This document shows positions 48,916-61,550 of a stretch of 64,000 nucleotides of DNA, piece after piece. Positions within the stretch are counted from its first letter, which is position 1. Each line of letters starts with the position of its first letter. Source of the DNA: Felis catus (taxonomy: Eukaryota); contig NC_058368.1 in NCBI RefSeq assembly GCF_018350175.1, forward strand, positions 138,324,001 through 138,388,000, given 5' to 3'. Made by a program: the position numbers and the translations under genes. Below the pieces are notes generated by a model. The model did no database searches. It worked only from the letters and a program-made list of their open reading frames with translations, and was not told the DNA's origin.

Positions 48916-49052
48916 CAGCCTTGCAAAAGAAGCGAAATGCCCAGTTGGGAAAAACATTAACTCAAAGGGGTAAACCATCTCCGTTGGTATTTTTTTCAAT
49001 CCTAGTTGGGGAATCTCCTGTATTATTTCTCCTCCTCCTCCTCCTCTTCCTT

Positions 49053-49462
49053 GTTAATTTCAGCCTTAGTGAGGTACAGTTGACCTGTAAAATGGTAAGG
49101 TATTTACAGTATACATTGTACAAGGGCTTCCTCCATCCAGGTAATGAACCCATTCATCACCTCACATAGGCTTTTTTAAATTTTTAAATTTTTTGGGGCG
49201 CCTGGGTGGCGCAGTCGGTTAAGCGTCCGACTTCAGCCAGGTCACGATCTCGCGGTCCGGGAGTTCGAGCCCCGCGTCGGGCTCTGGGCTGATGGCTCGG
49301 AGCCTGGAGCCTGTTTCCGATTCTGTGTCTCCCTCTCTCTCTGCCCCTCCCCCGTTCATGCTCTGTCTCTCTCTGTCCCAAAAATAAATAAACGTTGAAA
49401 AAAAAAATTTAAATTAAAAAAATTTTTTTTTCCTGGTGAGAACATTTAAGTTCTACTCTCTT
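49053..49462 (-). mobile_element. L1 (L1MA-like) extreme 3' end split by a SINE
   Basis: TAGTGAGGTACAGTTGAC...CATCACCTCACATAG | TGGTGAGAACATTTAAGTTCTACTCTC. Confidence 0.65.
49195..49428 (+). mobile_element. CAN-SINE SINEC_Fc (very young)
   Basis: Essentially all CpGs intact; full head, body and tail. Confidence 0.97.
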
Positions 49463-49619
49463 TGTATTTCTCCTTTTCTATTTTTAATTTAATGCCTGCA
49501 AGATACTCTTTGGTGCTAGATGAAGGAGTTTGATTACTTAGAAGGTTTTTGTCTCATCCCTCCAGTGTTATCTGGTCTCCCCAAGTCCAGTTTACCCACC
49601 TACGTGATGACAAAGGCAG

Positions 49620-50108
49620 TGCATATTTATTTTCTATTGCTGCATAACACATGATCATAAATTTAGGGTGAACAACACGTATTTGTGATCTAACAGTTTC
49701 CCTGGATCGGAAGTCTGGGCCCTGTGCTCAGGGCCTCCCAAGCTGGAATCGGAGTGTTGGTGAGCTGCATTTCTCTCTGGATGTTGGGGCCCTTTTCCAA
49801 GCTCACAGGGTTGTGGGCTGCATTCTGCTCTGGGTAACTGTGCGACTGAGGCCACACTTGCTCCCCATTTGTCCACAGGGGGCTGCTCCGCAGGTCCTTG
49901 TATGTGGCCTTTCTCAGGCTTTCTCACAACATGGCGACTTCCTTCTTCAAGGCCGGCAGGAGACTCTCGCTCTGTAATACTCTCACAGGGGTGACCTCTA
50001 TCACCTTCGCCTACTCTACTGCCTTAGAGCCAGTCACTTGCTTACCTTCAAGGGGACAGGATTATTCAAGAGTGTGAGTCTTTGGGTGACTTTAGAATTC
50101 TTCATATA
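49620..50108 (-). mobile_element. MLT1D/E-like MaLR solo LTR
   Basis: TTTTCTATTGCTGCATAACA...AACAGTTTC...CTTTTCCAAGCTCACAGGGTTGTGGGC...CTTCTTCAAGGCC...GGGTGACTTTAGAATTC. Confidence 0.8.
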
Positions 50109-50367
50109 CACGGAGGTTGGGATGGGGTTCTTTCCTAAGGCCCAGCCTCCAGGGAGACCTGGAACCCAAGGACATACACTTCGTGGGGGATTTATCTGAT
50201 TAAATAAATATACAAATGGAATTCCAAATGGAATGCAGAAAGTGAGGGATCCCCATTTCACATTCCAGTTGTGCTTGAAAGCTCAATTAGGCGGTCAGTT
50301 GTCAGAATTCAAGTCCTTTCATCAAGAGCACCATATTAAAATTAGTGGTTTTCTACAGTTTTTTAAA

Positions 50368-50618
50368 GGCAGTATAGTAGCATAGAGGGTAAACTTTGTA
50401 GCCAGATGGCCTGGGTTCAAATCCTGACTTTTGACACCGTGCAGCCTTAGGCAAAGTCATTTAGCTTCTGTAGGCCCAATTTTCCTCATTCATGAAATGG
50501 TCATGATCATAATAATATTTTATGGAATGTTGGTGAGGATGCCATGAATCCGTATGTGTAAAACATTTCAAATGCGTGGCATATATCGTAAACACGATAT
50601 ATGTGTTAGCTGTTATTT
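50368..50618 (+). mobile_element. MIR SINE (near full length)
   Basis: GGCAGTATAGTAGCATAGAGGGTAAA...CCTGGGTTCAAATCCTGACT...TTTTCCTCATTCATGAAATGG...GTTGGTGAGGAT. Confidence 0.85.
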
Positions 50619-50792
50619 GAGTTAGGACACCAGATGTTACAGGCCATTCGCACATACGACACTCCCTGGGCATTCTTAGGACTCTGGACATTTCTTGGCT
50701 TGTAACTCTGGCTCTACTCCTTTCCCTTCCACTCAGAATGCAGGAAAAAGTGACATTATAAGGATAAGTTTGAATCAGGACTGATTTCTTGC

Positions 50793-50989
50793 TTTTTTTT
50801 TTTATGTTTGTTTATTCATTTTGAGCGGGAGGGGGAGGGACAGAGGAAGAGAGGCAGAGAGAATCTCAAGCCGGCTCCACACTGCCAGCACGGAGCCCAA
50901 CATGGGGCTTGATCTCATGAACCGTGAGATCATGACCTGAGCCAAAATCAAGAGTCAGACACCTAAGCGACTGAGCCACCCAGGCGCTC
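50793..50989 (-). mobile_element. CAN-SINE (older subfamily)
   Basis: GAGCCAAAATCAAGAGTCAGAC variant; TSD CAGGAC(T/G)GAT(T/G)TCTT. Confidence 0.93.
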
Positions 50990-51059
50990 CAGGACGGATG
51001 TCTTAAGATTAAATTATTTATAAATATTAGTCTTCATAACCAGTTGTAATAGTAATAGA

Positions 51060-51230
51060 TGAAATGTATTGAACATTTACTCTATGCCAGGGCGTCTACC
51101 AAGCGCTGAGACAGGATCATTCCCATGAAGCAGGTATTGTTATCTCCTTGGACGGAGAGGGAGACTGAGGCTCAGATGTTATTTGCCCCACCCAGCTGGT
51201 CAGTGGCAGAGCTGGACTCCAGAACCCTCA
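51060..51230 (-). mobile_element. MIR SINE
   Basis: TATTGAACATTTACTCTATGCCAGG...CCCATGAAGCAGGTATTGTTATCTCC...GAGACTGAGGCTCAGA. Confidence 0.75.
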
Positions 51231-51372
51231 ATCGTAATAACTGTTCTGTACCATTTTTCCGTTATAGTGTCGGCAACTCAGCTCTCAACTTTTGTGTTCT
51301 GACATCATAGGCAAATGCTAACATAAATGACACAAAACTGAGTTCTTGTTTGTTTAAGTAGGTGGGAGGGTA

Positions 51373-51568
51373 GGGCCGCCTGGGCGGCTCAGAAGTTTAA
51401 ACGTCTGACTCTTGATTTCAGCTCAGGTCATGATCTCACCGCGTGTGAGTTTGAGGCCTGTGTAAGGACTCTGTGCTAACAGTGGGGAGCCTGCTTGGAA
51501 TTCTCTGTCTCCCTGTCTTTCTGCCCCTCCCCTGCTCACAATCTCAATCAGTCAATCAGTATTAAAAA
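51373..51568 (+). mobile_element. CAN-SINE (older, diverged)
   Basis: GGGCCGCCTGGGCGGCTCAG...GACTCTTGATTTCAGCTCAGGTCATGATCTC. Confidence 0.9.
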
Positions 51569-51611
51569 GCCGGTGGGCATCGTAAATTCAGGAGAGAAAC
51601 CACTCAGAAGA

Positions 51612-51800
51612 TGTACATATCGGGTGAGCACCTGCTATGGACCAGGCATGTGCGATGTTCCTTGTTCACCATTATCTCACTGAATCCTACAGAACGCTAC
51701 AGGGAGCTATTACAACCCTCTTTGAGCAGATGAAATTGAAGCTCAGAAGGTGCCAGTGAGAAGCTGAACTAAGTCAAACCCAATCCTTCGGGCCCCAAAG
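51612..51800 (-). mobile_element. MIR SINE
   Basis: GAGCACCTGCTATGGACCAGGCA...ATCTCACTGAATCCTACA...CAGATGAAATTGAAGCTCAGA. Confidence 0.7.
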
Positions 51801-53597
51801 CCTGTTCTTTCCACCGTATGATGTTGTCTGAATGGTGAGCGAAGGAGGAGCGAAAAAGGGACTGAAGTGGCGGGTAGTATCCTCTACAGAGAGAGAGGAG
51901 ACCCTGGGCAGGCAGCAGGGGGCCCCATCAGTCTTGACTAACTTGGTCGCTGTGCTGACGGATTTGCTGTCCAAGGGCTTTTAGAGTCCCAATTCTCAGG
52001 TCCCACCGCTGTCACAAAGAGCAAAGCACTCAGACGACTTCAGGGTCCTTTCTTCATTTTTCTCGAATACGCTTGACCTTGTTTGAAAGACAAAGTGAGG
52101 TCTTTTTTTATAGCACTGGGTAGATGCCATAACACTTCTCTCATAGAAACAGATACTCAAAGTGTGGAGGCCGAGAGTAGGAGAGAGAGATTAAGAAGGA
52201 GACGAGCTGCCAACAGAGAGGGAGACACAGCGATGTGGGGGAACACCCTCTGTGAGATATTATTATGGCCCTTTGGGTAAGCAGCCAATTCAATCCCGGA
52301 GCCTCGGATGCCACTCTAGGATGCTATTTTAACTTTTTTTTCTCAGTTTGCTTTTAGAAACTAGACAATAAGTGAGTAAGTAACCCCCCCCCCCCCCGCC
52401 GATAAACAACATATTAAATACATGATGGAGAAAAGAGGGGCACAGCCCCCTGGCTGGCAGTGGGCGGGAACTCCAGAAAGGGCTTCTTAGCCTTCTTAGT
52501 TTCAAAGGGCAGAAGCTGATAGAATGGGTTTGGCATTGCATACACCTGGTTCAATTCCCAGCCCCGCCGCTTCGTTTATTGCATTGGGTAAAATCTTCCT
52601 GAGTCTGCTGTTTGCCCGTTTCTGAGGTGGAGGTGATGACATCAACCTTGCAAGGCGTCTGAGCTGATGAAAGTAGGCAAAGATTCAACATGCAGAATGT
52701 GCCTCATACAAAAGGCTCACCAATGGTACCTGTTACGGCTGCTGGGTTTTTTTCACCATCCCTGCTGTTTCGTAACTATTAAAATAAGGCTAAAACCTGA
52801 AAATAGTCACTTCAGTGTAATTATTGTTTAGAGAAATTTTGACTTGAGTCCCGCCCGTGGATAGACACATGCAGGAGACCACGGTGTGGTGGGTCCACGC
52901 AGAAAGGGGCCTAGGGCCACACGTTCTATCTGGAGCCGGAACCAGGGTGGTGTGAAAAGAGAATTCTGAGCTTCTGGGTGTAACTGGGTGAGGACCTTAC
53001 AAGAGAAATCATGTGTCATCTCTTGGGTGCAGTGGGGTTGATGGACACCTGCCTGAGAGTGGGGTGGGGGTGGAGGGGGGTCCTTTCCTATACCTCTATG
53101 GACAGGCCTAAGAAAGTTATTGACAGTGTGGCCTGGGAGTTAGGGGCGCACAGACTCTGGAGGCCAGCTTGGTACCTGTGGCCTCAGATAATTCACTTCT
53201 TTTTGCCTCACCTTTCCCATCTATAAAATGGGGAGGAGGGTTATGACAGAATTTACCCCCACACTTTCCTGCAGTGATTGAGAGAGCACACATTGGAACG
53301 CCTTAGCGGTGTGAGGTACAGTAAGCCCTCCAAGAATATTAATTCTCATTATTGCTACCGCCGTTACTCAGAAGAAGCCGAGATTCAGCAGAACCTAAAC
53401 AATCAGATCAGACAAATAAAAAATTAGAAGGCAGTGAAGGTGATTTTGCACCCAGGTTTGTGATTTCATCTCGTGGGTGTCCCTGCCCCTTCTATCCTCG
53501 GAGTTTAAAACTCCCTTCACGTTCTGTCCCCCTCTGTGTGTGTGTGTCCAGACTGTCACTGAGATGTGTATCGTTGTAGAAGTGTGTCCATAAAATG

Positions 53598-53809
53598 TAT
53601 TTTTTTTTCAACGTTTATTTATTTTTGGGACAGAGAGAGACAGAGCATGAACGGGGGAGGGGCAGAGAGAGGGAGACACAGAATGGGAAACAGGCTCCAG
53701 GCTCCGAGCCATCAGCCCAGAGCCCGACGTGGGGCTCGAACTCACTGACCGCGAGATCGTGACCTGGCTGAAGTCGGACGCTTAACCGACTGCGCCACCC
53801 AGGCGCCCC
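53598..53809 (-). mobile_element. CAN-SINE SINEC_Fc
   Basis: Full element; TSD ATAAAATGTATTTTTT. Confidence 0.97.
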
Positions 53810-54377
53810 ATAAAATGTATTTTTAAGGTGCCCGCACCTTCCATCTTTTGGCCGTGGAAGGGACTTTGAATGACTTTGGGGTTATTTAGGATTAGTAGGA
53901 AAAGTCCATTGTTCTTTCAAGACTATGACAGATCGTGAAAAGGCCTCATCTGACTAGCCAAGAGTGGTACTACGTTCGTTGCTTGCCCCAGAGTGGAAAA
54001 TTACTAGTTTCTGATTGCCGTGGGCTCCCCAAATATGATGTATAGCTGAAAACTAAGTTCAAAAGCTGATTCCAAAAGGAAGACTTAGGCGTGTCCTCAA
54101 AGAAATCAGTGGACTTCCTCTGCTTGGAAAAAGCATTTCAACACAAAGAAGCCTGAAACTGAATGGTTGGTCTTTCGCAAAAGGCCAGTGTTTGCAGGGG
54201 TCAGATGGAAAAGCACAAAAGAGAGTCTGCTGATGGCTAGAAAGAAGCCTGCGCGAGGCTGTCTTCTGGCCGTGTAGCTTACACACGGATACCCACGCGG
54301 CTGCGTGCGTTACACTAGGAAACCTATCTAGGGAGAAAAATGGAAATGATTCTCCCTGGTTTTCAACTGAGTGCAAC

Positions 54378-54555
54378 TGTAAGGGAAAAACTCACTTCTC
54401 CTGTGTCTCTCCTTCAAGGTTCACACAGAATGCTTTCCTTCTTATACTTCTGGTTATCAGATGTATGGGGTTTTCCCCCACACCAAGCAATTCTCCAAGA
54501 CACCAGCTGGGCATCCGCATAATTCAGTTCACTTCTGCCACTATCCATCTGGAGC
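54378..54555. mobile_element. MER21-like LTR fragment
   Basis: TGTAAGGGAAAAACTC...GGGGTTTTCCCCCACACCAAGCAATTCTC...GACACCAGCTGGG...AATTCAGTTCACTTCTGCCACTATCCATCTGGAG. Confidence 0.65.
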
Positions 54556-55070
54556 GTCCTCACTCATATACCCCTGAGATTCCAAGTTAGGAGATCTGGG
54601 TGCAGCCCAGAAATCTGGATTTTTATACAGCCCTCTGGTTGATTTTGATAATCATGTAGATTAAGGAGCCGGAGTCACTAGATCGGAATCACTCTTTCGC
54701 CAAGGAACTAAATGGAGATGAAGCCTGTAACCAGTGAAGAGCTGAACATTACCTTCGTGTAGAGCATCTGACCACCCCCCACCCCTGCAACCCTCCCAAG
54801 AATAAAGACTACAATGAAATAAACTAGTACTCTTGCACATACACTATACTCCACAAGGTTACAGCATCTGGAGACGGGAGAAAAATCATTATCTTTGCAT
54901 CCGAGGGTACCAGACAGTAGAAACCCAATTTGTTTACCCAGGAATAGGTGAGAAGCCCTGGGGCAAAGGTCTCACGGTCTGTAACATCAGAGTAGTGAGC
55001 AGAAAGGATTAATTCAGTACCCGTCTAACGTGCGGAATTGCAAAGTGAGGACCCAGGGTGAGCATGGCTG

Positions 55071-55149
55071 GATCAGAGGCACGGTATAAGTACTTCCCTC
55101 TTTCAGGCGGCCTCTGGAGCAGGGAAGTACTTATACCGTGCTTCTGATC
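55071..55149. other. 29-bp near-perfect inverted repeat (hairpin), non-repeat context
   Basis: GATCAGAGGCACGGTATAAGTACTTCCCT (55071-55099) pairs with AGGGAAGTACTTATACCGTGCTTCTGATC (55121-55149): 28/29 Watson-Crick plus one G:T. Confidence 0.95.
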
Positions 55150-56438
55150 GCCAAGTTTAGGCAGTTTATTTAGAAGCTTCAGTTTGTATCCAGATGCTCC
55201 CCCCTCCCCTTCTCCGTCTCTCCTGAACAGGCTGGGTTAAACTCTGAGCTGGTGCCTCGCCCAGAGCACACGTTCCTTTCCTTCTTGTCTCTGCTGGTGA
55301 AACGGACTTCATTCTCTGGGACCTGAGATTTTAAGCCCACATCAAAAGCTCAAGGAGGCACTGACCAGAGCCTGTGGCTCAAATCTCAATACGGTATCTT
55401 CCAGAGATCTGGGAGTAGCTATGTGTAAATGGGTGGGGAAGGGTTTCAATTAATTGTCTGTTGTTCTGGATGAATGATTCTGTTGGCTCAGGAGAGGAAC
55501 CCTTAGTTCAAAGCCATTTTTTTTCCCCCACAGATACTGAGTTTCCCACACAAATCAGCAATCATTTATCAGGTAGGTACTTATTTCATTTTCCCTCTAG
55601 GTGGGGGTGGAGACATTGCCACTTGCTGGGCATCCACCAAGAACCAGCACGGGGTAAAACTCAACATATTCATTCTCTTATTTTACCTGCTAGTGACTCT
55701 GAAGATACTATCACCCCCGAATCATAGATCAGTTGGGGTTTGAGGGGGAGTGCGTTGTCCTTCCCCTAGGGAGTAAATGGCCGAGGAGAGATTCAAACCC
55801 TGGTCTGTCTGCCTTTTGTACCCTGGCTTCGTCTTCCACTCTCTGAAGCACAAATCGTGGCTCAGGTTAAGGAAAATATTTAAAAAGCCCTGAAGATTGC
55901 TAGCACTCTCAGCGATGAGAGCCTGTCAGTAATAGCTAAGTCCAATCCATTTTATCATGGTTCAAGCTTATTTGATTGCAAAACTATAAATGTCAGTTCT
56001 TTTCCAACATGCTTAAAGGTGGTGAGTGCCTACGCATGAGCATGGGGGGCCTAGTTTTTAGAAGACATTGGGACAAAGATACAAATGTATCAAACCAGTT
56101 GGCTTGAGATTATTCTTGTCACGAGGGGTTTTAGTTTACAGTGGGTTTCCTTGAAATAGGAGTGGGCATTAGCCACCCCATCCTTTTCCCACCGGTTGTT
56201 AACGTGGTGCCTACCTCAAGCAGTGATTCGAAACCCTAAGGCAGGAAGCCTGAGTCCTACAGCAGAGCTTGTGATGTGGTGGACCTGACGTGTGGCCTAG
56301 GTATTGGGAGTTTCCAAAGCTCCCCAGATGGGTCCAATGTGCAGGGAAAACTAGGGATTAAATGAGTGGGGGAAAGAAGAAGAGAACGGGAAGCGAATGG
56401 GAAGAGAGGGCCATAATCCAAAGGATTAGGAAGCACTG

Positions 56439-56551
56439 AGAGGTGACCAATTCGGCCCAGTTTGCCATGGACTGTCCTGGTTTTACCACCAAAAGCCCTC
56501 TGTCCTGAGAAACCCCCTCAGTCCCAGGCACAAGGACTGTCGGTCACCTTA
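56439..56551. mobile_element. MER81-like hAT-Blackjack MITE
   Basis: AGGTGACCAA...GGGACTGTCCTGGTTTTA...GAAACCCCCTCAGTCCCAGGCA...GGTCACCTTA with GGTGACC/GGTCACC termini, ~113 bp. Confidence 0.8.
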
Positions 56552-57409
56552 ACATCCCACAAGTGGTAAGATAAAGGTTCTCAAATGACATCCTCTGTCC
56601 GCGGGAAATGGATCTGTTTGCAAAACTTCTCTGTGTGCACTTTACAACCACATGGCTCTTACATGGAAACACACAATCCCATTGCGTTGAATTCTAGAAA
56701 AGCAAATGTCCGTCTCTGCCTTCCAGCCCTGTATTCCCTTTGCTTTGCACTTTGGTGCGGGGCATAACTGTTGTCCATTAAAGATGCACGGAGCCGTTGG
56801 CGTTGTGGATGCATTCTCTGGACCTTTCATCTGAGAAAAGCCTTGCTGCTAACCCTGTTTTTTCCCATTGCCTTTTACTAAATGATTCCCAACACCTGAA
56901 AATTATCAGGGCTCTTTGAAGTGTCCCGTAATTCCGATTCCCATCTATTTACAAGCGATGTGAGATAAATCTGAATTTACCCAAATTAATGTATAACTTT
57001 TAGAAGCACCCCACCCCCTTCGAGCATCCTGACTGGATTTCATGGAATCTTGTTTGCCTCTGACTTCCCACGGGCTCCGGAATCCAGCCACGGAGCGAGG
57101 GAGACGATCATTCCTGCTCGCGGAGCATGTTTGGCAACTTTTGCAGTAAACACCAAGGAGACTGGTCTCTGCTCTGACATGTCTCAGTGTTGAGTCAATC
57201 AGACGGCAGGTGTCTGGTGGGCCCTGCCTGCCCAGTCCTGGGCTGGTGTCCTAAAGGCCCCCAAACTGGCACATGAACTAGAGACCAGAACGGCCACTTT
57301 CATCATCAGCATGATGCCCTGTGAAAAATTCCACATTTGGAAACATGTGGCACGGTTCCAGGGGATTCCTTCATGATAGACACAGTTCATGTTTGGAGGG
57401 CTACCTCTG

Positions 57410-57625
57410 TGGTAGCGTCATGCTAAGGACAGCACAGACACAGGCATTCTTCATCCTCAAAGTAGATGTAAGGGGTAGGTATTATTACCCCTGGCTTATC
57501 GACAGAGAGCAGGTTTGATGAGGGTGGATACATTACACAGCTTGTAAGTGACACAGGCGAGAGATGACAGGGCTTGATGTGCGTGGTACCAGGGCTATTG
57601 CTGTGGATTCCAAGAGCCCACATTC
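57410..57625 (-). mobile_element. MIR SINE
   Basis: TGTAAGGGGTAGGTATTATTACCCC...ATTCCAAGAGCCCACATTCTT. Confidence 0.6.
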
Positions 57626-58299
57626 TTCAAAAGGCAGAGAGAAGGTTTTGGAAACACAGCACATAAAACAGTTGACATAGAACCATGCTTACAGGGAAAA
57701 AAAAAAAAACCCTGAAATGTCAAGGGCGTAGCATAATGGTTACATGACTGGATAGTCAAACTGACTCCTTCCAAAGCTTGGTTCCAGTTATCTGTAAAAT
57801 GGGTTTACGTGAGTTTATCTCATTAGAGTTGCATCAGGACCAGTAGGCATACTCTCAGTGGCAGTTGTTGTGTTCTCATTATTACCTTTATTGTCGTTGT
57901 TGCCATTATATTACCGTTACTACCCCTGTAAGTGTCTTTGCTGAGAGCATACCTTGGGATCCTTGGGCCATCACAACACCGGGATTGACAGTATCCTGGA
58001 GAATGATGCAGTCCAGAGCAGGGCACTGATCAGGTCATGTCAGGTCATAGCATACTTGTTTTCTTAAAGACTTCTTTTTGGAAAAGAAAAATGATCCCCC
58101 AAATCCCAAACTCTGCTAATTTTCATTCAAGAAATGGGGAAGCCAGGGCTGTTTCAGTAAATGCTGAAACACAGTTGATGCTGAGTAATTCGCAGCTGGA
58201 CAACATTTTGCAAAGGGAACGTTTCATTTGTCCCCACCCCATTCCTGGTTCCAGGTTCCTTTTGTATTGACTAGAGCCATCTTTGATTATGAAGAAACA

Positions 58300-58560
58300 C
58301 GCTAGTCATAGGTATAATCGGCGACCATAAGTCATCTGGTTCAATTTTCCCTGTTTTGGGAAGCCCTTCTTTTGTCACTCTCTCGGCATTTGAATGCCTC
58401 CAGTGCTGGGACACTCACCACCTCAAGATGAAGTCTCTATCACTCTACCCTAGCTCTAAGTATTACCAATTCCTTTCTGGGTTAATCGGAAATCTCCTTC
58501 CCTCTAACCACGTCTACAGACTGCCCACAGTCCTGCCATCTTGGCAACATGGAGCGATAC
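58300..58560 (-). mobile_element. CR1/L3 LINE fragment
   Basis: GTCATCTGGTTCAA...GGGACACTCACCACCTC...GAAATCTCCTTCCCTCTAAC...CAGTCCTGCCATCTTGG. Confidence 0.55.
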
Positions 58561-59959
58561 CACATTCTCTTCTACGAGGAGATATCCCCTAAACCCATAG
58601 TTGAGGCAGTTGGCAATTTTGTCCTTTTCAAAATTTGTTTTCTAGAGGGAAAGGCTCCAATCTTGAAAGACAAATCTTAGCATTATACTGGGAACAATGC
58701 ACTTACTGTGTGGACTGTTTTTTTGGCCACAAACAACCAGGATTGCTTCACAGTTTTGTGCAAACATGTTCTAATGGGCTTAAATATGAGATTTGGTCAT
58801 TTCAGCCCAAGGCCAGACTGGCCACGGTTCAAGCTTCCAACTGAATCACTAGTTCATAATCACCTTTATCACCTGGATTATTTAAATTGCTTCCCATATA
58901 TGGAATCTTTTAGCCATTCAGATACCGGTGGGACCTAATCATTTCTGACCATTTCTATTTTCCAGGTGGAATTGTTATTCTCAGTCTAATGTCTCTGTCT
59001 GAAACCTAGGAATAAAGAAGTTTTTCTATGCAGGAATCTGCAAGGCCACTGCTTTCTAGGACTGAAATTAATTATGAAAGGAGAATTGCTCTGGTTTAAA
59101 AAAAAAAGGGGGGGGGAGACTCTTCCACATTCACACTAATAATAACTTTCCTTTTTATAGTCACTTCCTTTCTGTAATGGAGTTCAAAGGGCTTTACAGG
59201 CATGGCCTATGATCTAATGATCATTTTACTATTTTTGTTAAGTACAAGTGCTGTACTATATTATTATCCCCACTTTATAGAGAGGGAAATAGAGAAGCAG
59301 GGAAGCCCAGAGCATGGGAAAGAAGGAGGACTTGGAAATCTGGATCCATGACCTCATTCTGGCTATTTCTCACCTCAGCAATGTCCTCCCACTTGCCCCC
59401 TCTCACCCGTTCTTCAAAGGCCAGTTCACATGACCTCAGCTTGATGGAGGTTTTCTCTTCCCAACCACTTACTGCATGCTATGTGACTCTCGATTTGGTT
59501 CAGGTCTTTATGTCTGGGTCAGTGTTTGGGGGCATTCTGATTCATAACAACTTGTTCCAATGATCTGCATATTATCCTTCAGCTATGGACTAGAAGTTCT
59601 TTAAGACGAGGGGCTGTATGATCTGTTTCTCGCGTAGCCCAAATAGCTCTTGCATAAGAGGTGGGTACACAGTGCTTATTCAACAAGATCTTAGCCTTCT
59701 CCCAAAGACTTAGATGAGGCCATGTGCCATGGTAGAACGATTGACGATTTGTGCCTGGAATGTGGGCCTGGAAAGGTAGAGACCCAGCCAGTCAACACAA
59801 GAACTGAGTACCCCCCAAGGGCAGGGCATTGTGTTATGTTGCCCAAATGAATGCAAAGAAAGGCAGGTTCTGCCTCCGCCTTCAGAAACCTGGTTCCAGT
59901 TTCCTGAAGGGGTAAGCAGAGTAGTTGGAACCATTGCAGAGCGATTAATGAGAGGCTTT

Positions 59960-60165
59960 ACAACGTAGAGACGTTGCTTCGAATCTCTGCTCTGCCACTT
60001 ACGTGTGGCCTTAAAGTCTTTGAGACTCTAGAATTTCTTGTGCAAGAAGATAATAATAATAATAGCGTAGTGATGATGAATGAGATAATGTCTACAAAAG
60101 CATTGGGCACAGTGCCTCATACAGAGTTAAGAATCAATAAAAGCCTCCATTTTAACATTATTATT
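59960..60165 (+). mobile_element. MIR SINE
   Basis: TTCGAATCTCTGCTCTGCCACTTACGTGTGGCCTT...AATGAGATAATG...GGCACAGTGCCTCATACAGAG...TCAATAAA. Confidence 0.75.
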
Positions 60166-60952
60166 AAATGCCTGGTATTTTTAAGTAAAAAAAAAAAATG
60201 GCATAGCAAGGACATGCATGATGGTTGGAAGGAATGGCCAGTGAATCATGTGATGAAGGAGGCAATTAACCTTGAAATTCAGTGAGAATTTGGGCTTTGA
60301 GAAGTAGGAAGGCTGGGGAAGGCCTAGGGAAATGTGTGAAATGTATGAATGTGAGAAGGGTAGTGGGCTGGGGTGGAGGAAAGCCAGCAGGCAACGGTGA
60401 GGAAAACGAGAGCCATGCTACTCCAGCTGATAGTTGGTGACTTCTCTAATAATTTCCTTTCATAATATGATGAGGTAAGAATTGCCATGGCCCCGTTAAA
60501 GATTAGGAAGCTGACATTCAGAGGCCACCTGCAAAATTAGTTGGAAACAAATGGCGAGGACTTGGTCGGTGTTGGTGCTCATGGGTCCTCTTCCCTACTG
60601 TTGGTGGAGGTAAATTGGACGCGGCTTTTTGGTGTGCACTCTGACGGTATCTTTCGCAATCACGAATTCCTCTCATCATCCTGATTTTGAAGGAACACTT
60701 GCATATGTGCTCACAGAGGCATGAAGAAGGATGTTCAGCGAAGAGTCCACAAACTTGGGTACAACTCACACGTCTGTTAAAGATGGAGTACGTCAGTAAA
60801 TTGTGGCATGTCCACGTTACAGTATATTATTCGCCAATTTAACATCATGAGGTAAATCTACATGATGCCATGTAATGATCTCTCAAGGAATCTGCTAAGT
60901 GAAAAAGAGAAGTTGCACATTATAAAATGATTACAATACCTATCACTTTTAT

Positions 60953-61163
60953 GTATTTTTTTAAGTATTTTTATTTATTTTGAGAGAGAGAGTGCAAGCA
61001 GTGGAGGGGCAGAGAGAGAAGGAGACACAGGGAATCCCAAGCAGGCTCTGCACTGTCACTGTGGAGCCTGATGTGGGGCTCAAACTCACCCAACTGTGAG
61101 ATCACGACCTGAGCCCAAATCAAGAGGTGGATGCGTAACTGACTGAGCCACCTAGGCACCCCC
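60953..61163 (-). mobile_element. CAN-SINE (older subfamily)
   Basis: Full element; short TSD ATCACTT. Confidence 0.92.
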
Positions 61164-61327
61164 AATCACTTAAAAAATCTTATACATGTATAGGTATATT
61201 TGTACATGCAATAAATGCATAGTAAAAAGGTCTATATAGCGGTAAATCAGATTTTTAATAGTGCTTATCTCTGGGGAGTGAAAGAATATATATCAGGGAA
61301 GGTGCATGTTAAAGTAGGACTTAACTC

Positions 61328-61550
61328 GGGGCGCCTGGGTGGCGCAGTCAGTTAAGCGTCCGACTTCAGCCAGGTCACAATCTCGTGGTCCGTGAGTTCG
61401 AGCCCCGCGTCGGGCTCTGGGCTGATGGCTCAGAGCCTGGAGCCTGTCTCCGATTCTGTGTCTCCCTCTTTCTCTGCCCCTCCCCCGTTCATGCTCTGTC
61501 TCTCTCTGTCCCAAAAATAAATAAATGTTGAAAAAAAATTAAAAAAAAAA
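61328..61550 (+). mobile_element. CAN-SINE SINEC_Fc
   Basis: Full element; TSD AAAGTAGGACTTAAC. Confidence 0.97.
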
